Shown here: positions 44,109 through 61,942 of the stretch, piece by piece
Layout: every line of letters begins with the position of its first letter
Numbering within the stretch: position 1 is the stretch's first letter
Source: Paraspadella gotoi
Taxonomy: Eukaryota > Animalia > Chaetognatha
Length of the DNA: 64,000 nucleotides
Reading direction: 5' to 3'
Assembly: GCA_051294375.1 (NCBI GenBank)
Contig: CM119271.1
Coordinates: 5,507,991 to 5,571,990 of the forward strand
Translations under genes and position numbers: made by a program
The notes under the pieces: generated by a model
The model's database searches: none
Told to the model about the DNA's origin: nothing
What the model saw: only the letters and a program-made list of their open reading frames with translations

Positions 44109-44376
44109 GTATTAATAATAATAATAAAAGTATTAATAATAATAATAATAGTATTAATAATAATAATAATAACCTTCCTTTTTTTTCTTTCCCTTCAGGT
44201 TCGTTCCGTGGGTCTTTTGTTTGGTCAACTTCGTCGTTCGTCGAGGAGACCTCTCGCGTCTGTGGGGAAACTTAGTGGGGATGATCTGCCTGTGGGCAGT
44301 TGGAAGAGGAATGATTCAGGGACCCAAGGATGTGGATAAGAAAGATTATAATTTTTGGGGAAGAGATATTGAATGA
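42140..44376 (+). CDS. DERL1: Divergent Derlin (Der1-like ERAD rhomboid pseudoprotease), 3 exons, 214 aa
   Basis: Exons 42140-42389, 43421-43637 and 44199-44376 join in frame (645 nt, GT-AG). Motifs: AILFQRHLWRIFTAF (WR motif), NLLILHKYVAKVE, RFVPWVFCLVNFV, WGNLVG, and C-terminal NFWGR (SHP-box-like). Confidence 0.75.
43025..43160 (+). repeat. Degenerate TTAGGG-like intronic repeat
   Basis: ggggttaggg..gtttaggggttgtttagagttagggg.. units. Confidence 0.6.
44019..44172 (+). repeat. (AAT)n microsatellite; a (GAT)n tract lies at 43666-43722
   Basis: Seen directly in the sequence. Confidence 0.95.
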
Positions 44377-45174
44377 GATAGTGCTGAATGAGGTTGTTTT
44401 TATGAATTAAGTACCCGTTGTTAATTCAGTAAAAAGTAAAACAATAAAAAGAATGTTAAATAAGAATTTTTTTTTTTTTAAATTTTAAAACGAACTATGC
44501 AAAGTTATTTTATATATATTAAATAGCCGATCTTCAGTCATTTTACAGCAATGCAGGTTGTTACTTTTTGTCGGGCGAGATATGTATCGGGATATGAAAT
44601 TGATACAACCAATATAAAAATTATCCATTCATTTAATAAAAAGGCTATGTGTTTTGTTATCCCTCATGTGATTTTTATGTTAAGTCGTGTGGTTGCAAGT
44701 CTTCAGCATCTCCCTTCCTACTTCAAGTTCCGATTTCCTAAGCCGTTTAAGACGCCGATTAAGCCAGACGCGTCCTTGGCGTTGCGCATTTTATGTAAAT
44801 CTCAGCCGCTAGGCGGATGGTTGTGCTCTTATACTGAAGCCCGTCACTTTATTCAAGCCTCGCGGGCAACAAATCGGGTCGCCGGCGAATGCAGCTTCGA
44901 GCCGGAAGCCGGGAAAGACCGAGAAAGACCACCTACATGTACTGCCAAAACTGATTAATATATTATGTTGAAAGTCAGTTTTCAATCCGTCAATCCGTCT
45001 CTATCCCACATTCGCTCTTTCCCTTTTGTTAAATGCTTCGCCCTGCGCGTTTTTGCCTCCAAGGGCATTTGATTTCGATCAACACGTTTTCTGAGTCTGA
45101 GAAATCTTCTTTCTTTGTAAAATGGCGGGCGCGCGGGGATGAGAGTTATCTATTGAGACGCTTGGAGGAGCAAC

Positions 45175-45263
<89 letters not shown>

Positions 45264-45397
45264 AGAGACTGTAGCTTCCAAAACGATATTTTTTTTGTTT
45301 AAATATGCACAATCATAAAACGATAAACAATTTTATTCATAGCAGCTGTGATATCGGTTATGATAAATTGTTTTAAATGGCGTTTTGGATGGATCAC

Positions 45398-45430
<33 letters not shown>

Positions 45431-46239
45431 CTCTCATCTCTCTCTCTGTACTCTCTCTCTTTCTCTCTCTAAACACCTTTTCAAAATTTTCCGAGAGGAG
45501 AAAGAGACAAAGAGAGACATAGAGAGAGAGGACGCCAAACGGAATTCGTTTTCAGTGAATAATTTAATTCTGTGGTAGCGCGGAGTAGTAAAAAGAGCTT
45601 GGATGGAGAAAACCTGGGAGTGAAAGAGATGTAAGAAAGGAGAAAAGAAAGAAGGGATAAAGAAGAGAGAGACAAACAATGTATCGGGACAATCAATCTT
45701 CTTTTCTTATATACATTCTATATCTCCTATTTTTTTTTTTCTGACTTCACTTTTGAAAAATTGATTGATTGGATTGATTCATTCATTGATTGATTCATTC
45801 ATTGACTGATTTATTTATTGTTTATTTTTTTTTTTTATTTATTTATTAATTGACTGATTGATTTCCTGATTTATTAATTGATTGATTAATTGATTGATTG
45901 ATTGCTTATGGCTTTCAAAGGAGTCAAAAAAGTATAAAGAATTTTTTAAAAAAATTGACTTCTTGTTTCGTCTTGGCGGGAATTAATTATGTATTAAAAA
46001 GGGGAAAAGGTGCGCGCGCTGCTCGATTCTCTCTCTCTCCTCTCACTCTCTCTCTCTCTCTCCTCTCTCTCTCTCCTCTCCTCTCTCTCTCTCTTCTCTC
46101 TCTCTCCTCTCTCATTAAAGAGGAGAAGCGAAGCGAATCAAACAAGGGAGAACCAATCATACGACTTCCAACGAAATGAATCATCAATCTCTTTTTAAAC
46201 TCAAAATTTTTTCTCTCTCTCCTCTCATCTCTCTCTCTC

Positions 46240-50826
<4,587 letters not shown>

Positions 50827-52874
50827 CCGCCCCCCAGTTCTCTCTCATCCTCAATTCCTCATCCTTTTCTTATTTCAACATTCAAACAAGGAGAGGTAGT
50901 AATTTAAAAGAGTCGCGTCACATTGACTTTTAAATTAGTCGTATTTTGGTATGATCATATCGGTATATATGAAATTTATGCTAATATATTTTTGAGTATA
51001 TGAGTGATAATCATTCATTCTTTTATTATAAAATTTAAAATATAAAATAAAAAATACATGGTTTCGTAACTAAAAAGAGGTAGAATATAAACTGTGTCAG
51101 TTGTATAAAAAGACCGCTCCCTTAAGCATTAGATCAGAAAATTGGCAAGAAGCTGAGTGTTATTGAATGAGTACAATCAACCAATCCATATAAAAATAAT
51201 TAATAAATAAATATGTTATCTTACCCCTGGCTAAGCATTAACCAAATAACTATAAAAATATTAAACATGTTTTGACTGGATTGCAGCTGTTAGTTAAATA
51301 TTTATGTAAAAAATTGATTATTTTCATAAGATCGCAGGAGTATCAAGCCACCAAAAGCAAATCGGATCGGAGACTCGATCTCCGCGGAAATGGAAATTGA
51401 AATCAATGAGTTTTTTCCTTAAATGATAAGAATATAATAACTACGAATTATAACTAAAATAAACCACCAACTGATCGACCAAAAAGTCACTGAATGAATT
51501 GCGGTGCATCTAAACCTGTAGCCGTCGAAAAAAAAAAGGCAGGGTGTGGACGCAACAAGTAAAGTTGGTTTATGACGGCATCGATTCGAAATGAATAGAA
51601 ATTCATGACAAAGGCGATGGTTTATATTCAGAAAAATGAATATTAAATTTGAATAAAGAGAGAACGAGATTCTTGACCTTTCTTGACCAATAATAATGTT
51701 AATGATGATTATAATAATAATAATAATAATGATAGTAATTATAGTATTATATCAATAATAATAATCAATAAAAATTAAAAAAACTTTTTTGCTCGACTAA
51801 AATTTTTGATTAACTTCGGTTTTTCATTTCGCAAACAAAATCACACGGAAAAAACCAGTGGCGCGAAAAAAANNNNNNNNNNNNNNNNNNNNNNNNNNNN
51901 NNNNNNNNNNNNNNNNNNNNNNNNNNNNNNNNNNNNNNNNNNNNNNNNNNNNNNNNNNNNNNNNNNNNNNNNNNNNNNNNNNNNNNNNNNNNNNNNNNNN
52001 NNNNNNNNNNNNNNNNNNNNNNNNNNNNNNNNNNNNNNNNNNNNNNNNNNNNNNNNNNNNNNNNNNNNNNNNNNNNNNNNNNNNNNNNNNNNNNNNNNNN
52101 NNNNNNNNNNNNNNNNNNNNNNNNNNNNNNNNNNNNNNNNNNGAAAAAAAAAAGACTATTGGATTGAACATTTGTTTTCTATGAGCCTCGTTTCAAGCCT
52201 AATTTGCATATTAATTATTATTTTTAGCATTAATCGTGTCTCTCGTAGTGTCAGACAACTACTATCAACTATAATTGCTCCCTATTACGTGAAATTTGGC
52301 TCATTTAATCGTAATTGGGAAAGATAGAAAACTGACATACGAATAAAATTGTTTTCTAATTAGCTTTATGTTGCTGACGTTCTCAGGGTATCATTAAAAA
52401 AAAAAAAAAAATAAGAAAAAAACTAAAAAACTGAAGGGATGCTTTTGTTTTTGGTTTAATATTAATTCATTAATTTACACGACTGTCAATGGTTTTAATT
52501 ATTACTCCACTGATGGCGCTTAATATTTTTTAACAATGTTAATTTGGTTTTTTTTTTCTTCTATCTGTTTAGAGTTTGCAGCCTTAATTAATCCCCGAAT
52601 TAGAAATGTCATTCTCAACAACGAAGACTCAACCTTAATTAGGCTCCGACCAACGAAGCGACGATTGATTGATTGATTTATTTGATTGATTGACTGATCG
52701 ATTGATGTCGATTAATTGCCGCAACAACGCCGGTAGCCGGAAAACTAAAAGTTTTAAGTCGCCACCGGCATTTTCGAGGAGAAATTTTCTTTCGGATGAC
52801 GAATCAGTTGAATCATTTATCTTGATTCATATTTTCAGTCTGGGAACTCAGTTATTAGATCCACGACCCAAAAA

Positions 52875-52955
<81 letters not shown>

Positions 52956-53178
52956 CATGTTTACGTGTCAAGGGAGGGAAAAGCAACATTAATCGATGGA
53001 GAGGCAATAACGATCTATCTTCACCCAAAACGAGACCAATAGCGCCTCCTGGAAGTATTTTAACTCAATTTCAATGGAAGAATTGCAAAATTATTCTTTT
53101 TATATTTTTATTCTGTTTTTTTTAATTTTTCTCTATCTTTCTATCTTTCTCATTCCTCTTTCTCCATTTTCCTCTTTC

Positions 53179-53231
<53 letters not shown>

Positions 53232-54015
53232 GTCAAGAAAGTCTGGTTATTGCCGACGTAATGGCAGACTCTGCAAATTTAACTACTAAAAATTAAATGG
53301 CCAGTTTTCCGCATAGAAAATTTGTTGTTTTCTTCTTTCGATTTCAATATTTTTTTTTTTGCGCTTTCCGCGTGAAATTACATTTTATAGATAACGCTTC
53401 TTATCTTGCTTCATTTAAAAGAATTTAAATGCATTGCTCTGCATGTCTCTGTGATATTATCCATAACAACCAGAGTATATTACTCCGTATCTTTACTTTA
53501 AAAAAAAAGTTAAATTTGTATTTCCAGATATCAGAACTATAACGGATCGCAAGTCATTTATCATTACGGCATTCTTTATTATGCGCATACATATGTTTAT
53601 ACGTTGATTCTTTTTTATCTCATTCCAACCAGAAGTATGAGTCGGAACCGTAATGACCCAAAGGATCCGAGCGGAACGAGAAACGTCTCCGAGCTCTTAT
53701 TGAATATGGCGAGAAGAAAAAAAAAGTATGAGTTATGAGACAAGGAAACAAAGTTGGAGCTTTGCAAGCTTTGCAAGCTTTGCGACCAAGCTAACGAATT
53801 CGAGAAAAAAAAAGAAACATTTGCTCGCGGGGATATTTTTGTTTGATTTTCAGTTTGTTTACTTTTTGTTTGTTTATGTTCGCGCGTTTTGAGCAAATCG
53901 TGTGCGCTCGTGCATCGAAGCTCGCATATGTTTGTGGGAACAACTCCAAACGCATTTATATGCGTCTGTGTGACTCTCTCTCGCCTCTCCTCTCCTCCAT
54001 CTGCTCGTCCTCTCT

Positions 54016-54052
<37 letters not shown>

Positions 54053-54276
54053 ACAAACTCTTTCTCTAGTTCTCAGCGGTGATGATTTATGACCTCTAAT
54101 GGCACCAGTAGATTATAGTGAAACGCGCTCACGATTCATTTTAAAACCGAAAAAAAATCTTTGTTTAAACTAAAGTAAATTTTAGTAAATTTTAGTTTTT
54201 ATCAGATTGTCTCCACCACTAGATTTTAATTAGAACTGAATGTATTTTGATCTCGATTAGATTTTGACCCAAAAAA

Positions 54277-54349
54277 ATATTGAGGCGACTTACGGATCGG
54301 TCTCCCTTTTCTAAGTAAGTCGCAAGTAAGTCGTGAGTCGCCTCAATAT
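54277..54349. repeat. Short inverted-repeat element (14-bp arms)
   Basis: atattgaggcgact ... agtcgcctcaatat. Confidence 0.55.
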
Positions 54350-54848
54350 AATAAGTACGCCAGTGGCTGCGGAACTAATGACTTCAATAACAAATGTTAA
54401 AAAAAGCTGTTCAGTTTAAAAACCAATTAAGTTTTATTTTTTTTTTATCGAAGGAAATTACGACTAAATGGTTTTTTTTTTTTATACTTGAGCATTGTCG
54501 AGGGTTTTTTAAATCTTTTTTTAAAATTTTTTTTAAATGAAGTTAAATAAAGTAAAACGTTCACGCTTCTAAACTATTTTAAAGAAACGAAAATTCTTCA
54601 GTCAATCGTCATTTGTGCCAAAAATATTTATTTAAAGTTTAGAACAAAATTGGTTAACTAAAAAAAAATTAAATCGTGTTTACATTTCAAATCTTACCAG
54701 ATCTTCGTCCGATTTCATTTGTTATCATTGCTTTGCCGTCGTTGTTCTCAAACAAAGCCCGTGTTAATAATAAGGAAATGAGGCAGTGATTGAAAACAGG
54801 CGGTGATGAAAATCAGGTAGTGGTTAAAAATCAGGCATCGGTTGAAAA

Positions 54849-55212
54849 TCAGGCATTGACGGGAGCGTCTTTCTGAGCAATGACAGATTCCTTGCTGGCG
54901 ACAGTTTCCTCATCGTCCGAAGCGAGAGCGTCTGAAGGAAAAATGATGATGATGATGATGATAATAATAATAATGATGATGAGGATGATAAAGTCGATAG
55001 TGATAGTGAAGATAGTTACGATGATAACAATTATAACGATGATTATGATAATAATTATGTTAGAGATGATGTTAATGATAAAGACAATTATCTTCATAGT
55101 GATGATGATGATGATATAAGATAATAATAGGACAATTAATAGGCTGATTTTTATGATATCATTGATCAATTGGATCATGAAGAAGACGATTGAACATAAG
55201 TGAAGAGAGAGA

Positions 55213-55288
<76 letters not shown>

Positions 55289-56201
55289 ACACTCACCATC
55301 ATCGCTGTCGTTCTCGTCCTCAATCTTGTATTTGCGACAAGACGACATCTGCAGAATTCGCAAGTATCGACCAAATTTGTTGAGGACCCATTGGCAGAAC
55401 CAAAGCCAGAGGGCCAGGCCTTAGAGAAAAGTCGGGGTTAGGGGCGGATTATATTAGATTAGATTAGATTAGCCAGAGGGCCTGACTTAGAGAAAAGTCG
55501 GGGTTAGGGGCGGATTATATTAGATTAGATTAGATTAGATTAAATTAGCCAGAGGGCCAGGCCTTAGAGAAAAGGCGGGGTTCGGGGGGATTAGATTAGA
55601 TTAGATTAGATTAGCCAGAAGGCCAGGCCTTAGAGAAAATGCGGAATTAGGGGCGGATTTGATTAGACGTCAATTCACCACAGTCCAAAGTCAAGAATTC
55701 AGATAGCTCGTTTAATAAATAATTGGATAAGTTCTACTACATTTGGTTCGCATCAATTACGTACACTCAATAATTTTTTTTTTTCCGCCGAGAAACTCGG
55801 TCTTTCCGCCCAACCTACGATTCCGTTGAGCAAAAGATTCCAAAGATGGAAATTTTCCTCGTGGTTTTCCATTGTTCTCTGAGATTCTCCGAAAGTCGCT
55901 TTGGTTCTCCACCCGGGAACGTAATCGCCCAGTCCGATCGAAGTTATGCTGGAGAAGAGAAATTTAGTTCTGGCGACGGCGATCGGATTTCGCGGAACTT
56001 GTTTCCGGTTTCCATGTCGCTTTTAACAAGGGAATCGAGAATGCCGGGGTTTGAACGAGCGATTCGACTGGAATGTCGGACTGGTCAGTGTTCAGTTTTG
56101 AAGACTTATTTCCGTCAAATATATTTATTTAAAAAGAATACTAATTGAGTGGAACGATTCTCCCTTTCTCTTTATCTTTCACTATCTCTCTTTTTTCTCT
56201 C

Positions 56202-56254
<53 letters not shown>

Positions 56255-56266
56255 TTGTCTTTATCT

Positions 56267-56355
<89 letters not shown>

Positions 56356-59300
56356 TTCTCTATTCTATCACTCTCTCTCTCCTCTTCTCTCTCTCTCTCT
56401 CTCTCTCTCATCTCTCTCCTCTCTCTCTCTCTCTCTCTCCCTTTGTCTATATCTTCACTCTCTCTCTCTCTCTCTCTCTCTCACCCTACTCTCACCTCCC
56501 GACAACAACATCGATTCGTCATCTCTCTTTCAACGCCTTCTCTCTTTTAAGAACTTCCCTCCCACGCCAATAACGACGACAACAAAAACAAAAACTGGGA
56601 AATTGCAACTCCCACGCGTCAGGGTTTTTTAGTAACGCCGCGAATACTCGCGGAGCGACTCTATAAGTCACTTTTCGGTCGGTCGGTATGACTGTCCATC
56701 GGTCTGTCCCACTTACATTAACTCGCCTATAGTTGGACGGTCATTTTTTTTAAGACAGGAAAAAACATCAAATGTAAGTGTCTGCCACCTTAAGGCTTAA
56801 GGAAATCCTAAAACTAAAAGGAATAAAAGACGAAATTCCAATGCACGGGCTAAGAAAGTCACTACGGCGCAACACATTGGATGAACCGATCTTGTTTTTT
56901 TCCTTATTGATTTTATGTCACAATGCTGCCTTCCTATGTATAGTCACCGTTGTGTATTCAGTACCTGCAACAAGTAAAATATACTGAATCCAACAGGCTC
57001 CAATGATCCATAGTTATCAACTGCAATATGGAGAAAACTGCAGAAACAACATGTAAAATTTTTTAAATTTATCTATTTTGAACGAAAAGAGCTTCTCAAA
57101 CCGTAACTTAGTTACTATAATTAAATAGGAATGAATCAATTTTATTTCGTATCAAATAAAGTGAATTTAAAAAAAAAATCGGAAAAATAAAATATAAATT
57201 ATCAAAAAATTGAAAGAAATTATCCTGAAGCAATCTAAAAACTCAAATTATAACGATATGACAAATTGTATAAAAAATAAAGTTTTTATAAGTTAATAGA
57301 AACGATAAAAAAAAATATAATGAAAACAAAGACTGAGATTTAACCTGCATAAACTAAGGTGACGATAAATGGTATTGCGACCGGCAGCGTTCGTCTCATC
57401 GCCTTCGAATATTTAGATTTGTATTTCGCCCAAAGTTTCTCCTGGGCTTTGACCAACTCCTCTTCAGAGTTTCGCACGACCAAGAATTGGATGAGACGAC
57501 TCGATTCCATCGGGGACACCTTGGGGGGGGAAATGGGGCGTGGGGCGTGGGGAAGAAGGGGTTGGAAAAGACCAGAGAAAATAGAAGAGTATGGCGACGA
57601 AGGTTTCGCCACCACGGGGTTGACCCAAGTTGGTCACTTTGTTGTATGGTCGCGAGTGAAGCCTACCCTGCGGGAAGCCTGGTTCCAAGCCCCGGTCCAT
57701 TGCTGCTGAGTTGGGAAAGAAGTTACGGACACTCGTCTTCAGCCTACTTAGCGCGTTATCCACGGTACTACTTCGCAGAAAAATACTAGAGAAGAAAGCG
57801 AAGTTTTCACTTCCCATGATAAAACTTACCTGCAACCATCTGTGAGCCTGGTTGTATCTCGCCTTGACTCTCTTCCTCAAAAGCTGCAGAATGGTGAGGT
57901 CTCCTATCTGCTGGAAAAGGCCGTAGTTTTGCAGCCGAAGGTAATTGTCGCCCTTCATCTTGCGCGCCTGTCGTTGGAACACAACGCTTTGTGGTTTGCG
58001 TAGACTTTCCTATTCTTTTTTTTTTTTTCTATTCAGGAAATTATCGTGTCTCTGAATCTCATTTGCATTTTGTCGTATTAATTTGATTGAGTATTAATAG
58101 ACTTTTATTATGTAACGATGGTTACTCCACAAATAAAGCCTATATATTTTATGATTAATGAAGTTAAAATTGGATATATCCCCCCCCCATCGTTCTTTTC
58201 TTTTCGCTCTCTTTAGTTTTTTTTTTTTTTTTTTCAACATCCAAACCCGCCCCTCCCTAATTCAAAGTTCCATGACCTCCTCACTTTCATGCTCAACGTG
58301 TAGAAGAGGTTTAGCAGGGCCCGACGTCCCGCGCGCGAGTTATAAATCAAGAGTTCGTTCTCCAGGTAAAACTTCCGCAGCAGCGTCGAGCTGGAGCGAC
58401 GCCGGTCGCAGCAGGCGCGACGGCCGCGACCAAAGGCGAGGAAGCGTGTTCGGTCGACGAAGAAAAACCAGGTCGTCTCGGAGCCGGTGTGGATTTGCTG
58501 TCTGAGTTGGGGGGGGCGGGGAGTGGAATGAGGTAGATTTAGAAACCGAGAGCGAAAAGAAACTGAAAGGAAAACGTTAGTTTATTGAAAGAGGGATGAA
58601 CGGAGAGACGGACGAGCAGACAGAAAAACAAAATTTCTGACAAATATACAAAGGGGGGAAAAAAATATACGGAGACTGAAATAACAAGACAAATTGGCAA
58701 AAAGGACATGCGGGCTGAAAGACGGAAGGACAAATAACGGAGACATGAACAAACTCAATGTAGCTATCAATGATGGCGTACGAAAGATCTTTGGATTTAA
58801 CAGATGGTAAACTATTCTTTGGTTACAGGACATCTTCACTGTGTTTAACAAGCGTAGAAAAAATTTCATTACAAAGATCTATTTGTCGAAAAACACTGTG
58901 CTCAAAGGAATAGTTTCTTTCTCTACTATTTAATTAATTATTCTGTTTGTTTTTGTTTTTTGTTTTTTTTTGTTTTTTTTTTTTGTTGTTTTTTTTTTAC
59001 CTAGTCTTGCTTGATGTTATTGACTGTACTGAATCAATCATGTTGAATCCGAAAGAAAACGGATAATAAAGGCGAGAGAGAGGGATAAAACTGCCAGACA
59101 AAGGAACAGACAAAATTGACAAAATGACATGCGGACGGAAAAGTGGACAAATGGATTGACAGACATAGACCTGATGATGTCCAAGAGGACGAGGAAGAGC
59201 GGAATTCCGAATCCTCCGTAGAGAATAACGACGATTCGTCCCATCTTCGAGACGGCGACCGGGTGACCGTACCTTTTTCGTCAGTGGCAAAACATTTAAA

Positions 59301-60372
59301 TTTTTAATCAAACTTCTTTTTAGTCGGATCCGCTTAACGCATATTTCGACTCTATAATCCACTTGGTCGGTCCGTCGGTCCACCCACCCCCCAGATCTTG
59401 TCGGGCATTCACTTAGATCATGTCAGAACATCGAATTATGATAAATTACGCCCCCCCCAAAAAAAAATGATGTCCGTCCGTCCGTCCGTCCGTCCGTCCG
59501 TCTGTCTTCTACTCTCCGAGAATATTGATTTCGACAACTGCGGAATCGCCAATACCCAAAGGCAGTAGCCCAATATTTAACTCCAATCCGTTAGACTTAC
59601 TTAATTTTGGAGCGGAATCGAAACGAAGAATAACTAGCCCCTGCACTTCCCTTTACCCGATGGAGGAAGCCAAAGAATAAGCAAAGATAACGGATCCGCG
59701 GAAGGTCCAGAAAGTGTTACAGTTTTGCACCGTGTCCCAGAACCACCTGGGAAAAATGAAGAAGCGGAGGTGAAAGACAGAGTTTTGCAATGAAAAAAAA
59801 AGTAAAAATAAGAATGTAGAAAATGTAAAAAAAAAAAAGCGAAGAGAGAAAAAAAAAAGAGATAAAGAAGAAAATGCAGGGACCCTGATATGTCATTATC
59901 TTGTAAGAGTGATGGAGGCCTTAAACCACCGAAGCCTGTCCAAAGTCAGGGGCAAGATCGCTTATTAATTAAACGAATGGATAATTTTTTTATATCGGTT
60001 GTACCAATTTCATAATTCCTGGATTCCTCTACAACTCCTTTCTTGCCTCAACTCATCTCTGGATCGCTGGTTTCTCCCATCCTCCCTCACTTCTGCTCTC
60101 CCCCCCACCCCCCCGGGTCTCCCTTCACCTCGCTCCTCCCACCAACACTTCCCAAACCCATCTTCCTGTCGAGTTCTACGAAGTGACGATCGACGACGTC
60201 TTCCAGGTCCCGCGCGATGGCTCTCACATCCGTGGCGTCGATCGTTTGCCCCACGAGGACTTCCGGCGGCGTCGAGGACGAGAAGCGCGAAACTTGGAGG
60301 TGGAGAATAGCGTCGAATAATCTGGAGAGGGCGTTGGAGGTAAAGCGAGGGGGATGAGAGATGTTTTCATTG

Positions 60373-60425
<53 letters not shown>

Positions 60426-60436
60426 CTCTCCTCCTC

Positions 60437-60469
<33 letters not shown>

Positions 60470-60812
60470 CTTCTCTCATCCCTCGTTGCTCTCCCCAGTT
60501 TCCAACTCGTTAAATCGTTCAAATTCCATGTAAATTATTGTAATAAAATAATCTATTGAATAAATTTGACCATAGACGTAGGCGGAAGAAGTTGCTGACT
60601 TTTCGTCGATGTCTGGAAAGTCCGCCGAGACGGCGGCAGCGACGGCATCCTCCAGGCTCATGATATTCGTGGATCGATTCGACGCCACGCTCCAAGCCGA
60701 GTGCGTCAGCGATACCCGCAAAGACTGCAGCACGGCGCGCTTCTTCGAGCAGAGCATGACCTCGTAGTCTCCCTCGAGCCAGCGGAAGAGGAAACCGCCT
60801 GTCGAAGAGGGA

Positions 60813-60890
<78 letters not shown>

Positions 60891-61535
60891 TCATTAATAA
60901 ACTAGATAATCAATCAATTAATCAAACAAAATTTTTTTTTTATTATTCAAGAACTCAATCCATAGAACAATCAAGCTGTAAATAAGTTAAATTCAATTAA
61001 TGAATCGATCATTAAATCAATCCATCAGATAATCAATCAATCAATCATTCAATCATTTTGTTAATCATGAAGTAGTCAATGAATTAAAGTCAATCAGTGA
61101 ACCAATTATTCATACAATCAATGAATAAATTATTCAGTCAATCATTCAATCAAAGGTTGGATGAAATCGCAAGAGGCCGCAAGCCAGCCCAATCGTCGTC
61201 CCACCCGCCAAAGTGTAGGCGATCATGATGGCGACGACGACGGCAATTTTGAGGGTGCTGACGGCGAAGGCCTTCCACCCGGCGCGGCACGCCTTGGCGC
61301 CGCAGCATTCGCAGGGACGGGCGTCGATCGGCTCCGGAGTCTTGGCCGACATGATCGTCGCGGAGCCGACGGAAGGGACCGAGGACAGACCGACCGACAA
61401 ATCTATCGAGACGCCGTCTGCGTTTCGCCCGATGTCCGTGGAAACGCCGGTCGAGCGCTGAATATCCGAAGCGCGCGGAGAGGAGGATGGATCGAAGGAA
61501 GGTCGCGGACTGGAGCCTTTGGAGGAGCGGGGGCT
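54849..61535 (-). CDS. Two-pore-domain (K2P/KCNK, TWIK/TWK-like) potassium channel, ~13 exons
   Basis: Exons 61535-61205 (KIAVVVAIMIAYTLA), 60798-60571 (GGFLFRWLEGDYE), 60292-~60150, 59746-59657 (WTFRGSVIFAYSLASSIG), 59272-59171 (YGHPVAVSKMGRIVVILYGGFGIPLFLVLL), 58501-58285, 58009-57830, ~57706-57668, 57519-57345, 57037-56965 (WSLLDSVYFTCC), 55948-55815 (SITSIGLGDYVPG), 55419-55297 (GLALWLWF), 54931-54849 (stop). Most junction phases fit. The 60150/59746 junction and the true start (ATG 61352 or upstream exons) are unresolved. Confidence 0.88.
55404..55667. repeat. Four-copy ~66-76 bp minisatellite overlapping a K2P splice acceptor
   Basis: Units begin agccagagggccaggccttagagaaaa at 55404, 55471, 55547 and 55613, with (attag)n spacers. 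Confidence 0.9.
56626..56900 (+). mobile_element. DINE-1/HINE-like non-autonomous Helentron copy in a K2P intron
   Basis: ttttagtaacgccgcgaatactcgcggagcgactctataagtcactttt...ggtcggtcgg...cggcgcaacacattggatgaaccgatcttgttttt. Confidence 0.7.
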
Positions 61536-61731
61536 CCTGAGAAGGGGCCGTGGAGGGAGGGGGAGAGGCGGTTAAACTGTTATTCTAGTTTTCAAAAAAA
61601 TATTTTTATTTTTTTCCATAAAACTTAAGCTATATTACATTTAAGGTTTTTATCGCTAACCATCTTACTTTAACTTAACCACCACTGCATCCCTGACACG
61701 AAATTCGAGACGAGTCAATGACAGGAGTGTA

Positions 61732-61835
<104 letters not shown>

Positions 61836-61942
61836 CTCTCTTTTAACTTATTTTCAAATTGTAAATTCACTTTGTAAATAATAATAAAAGCGTTGTTTAA
61901 ACAAAATTAAAGCTCTCTACTTTGTAAGCAATTTAAGTAAAA

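Noticed and set aside
54940-55150. Plus-strand Asp/Asn-rich reading (DDDNNNDDEDD..)
   Set aside because: Degenerate (GAT/AAT)n tract inside the last K2P intron; no start codon or splice support.
55404-55667. CRISPR-like repeat-spacer array
   Set aside because: Eukaryotic intron; the spacers are themselves repetitive and there are no cas genes.
55679-55735. Possible extra K2P exon ending at a gtgaat donor
   Set aside because: It contains a stop in the required phase and resembles the dispersed gtccaaagtca repeat. The flanking exons join in frame without it.
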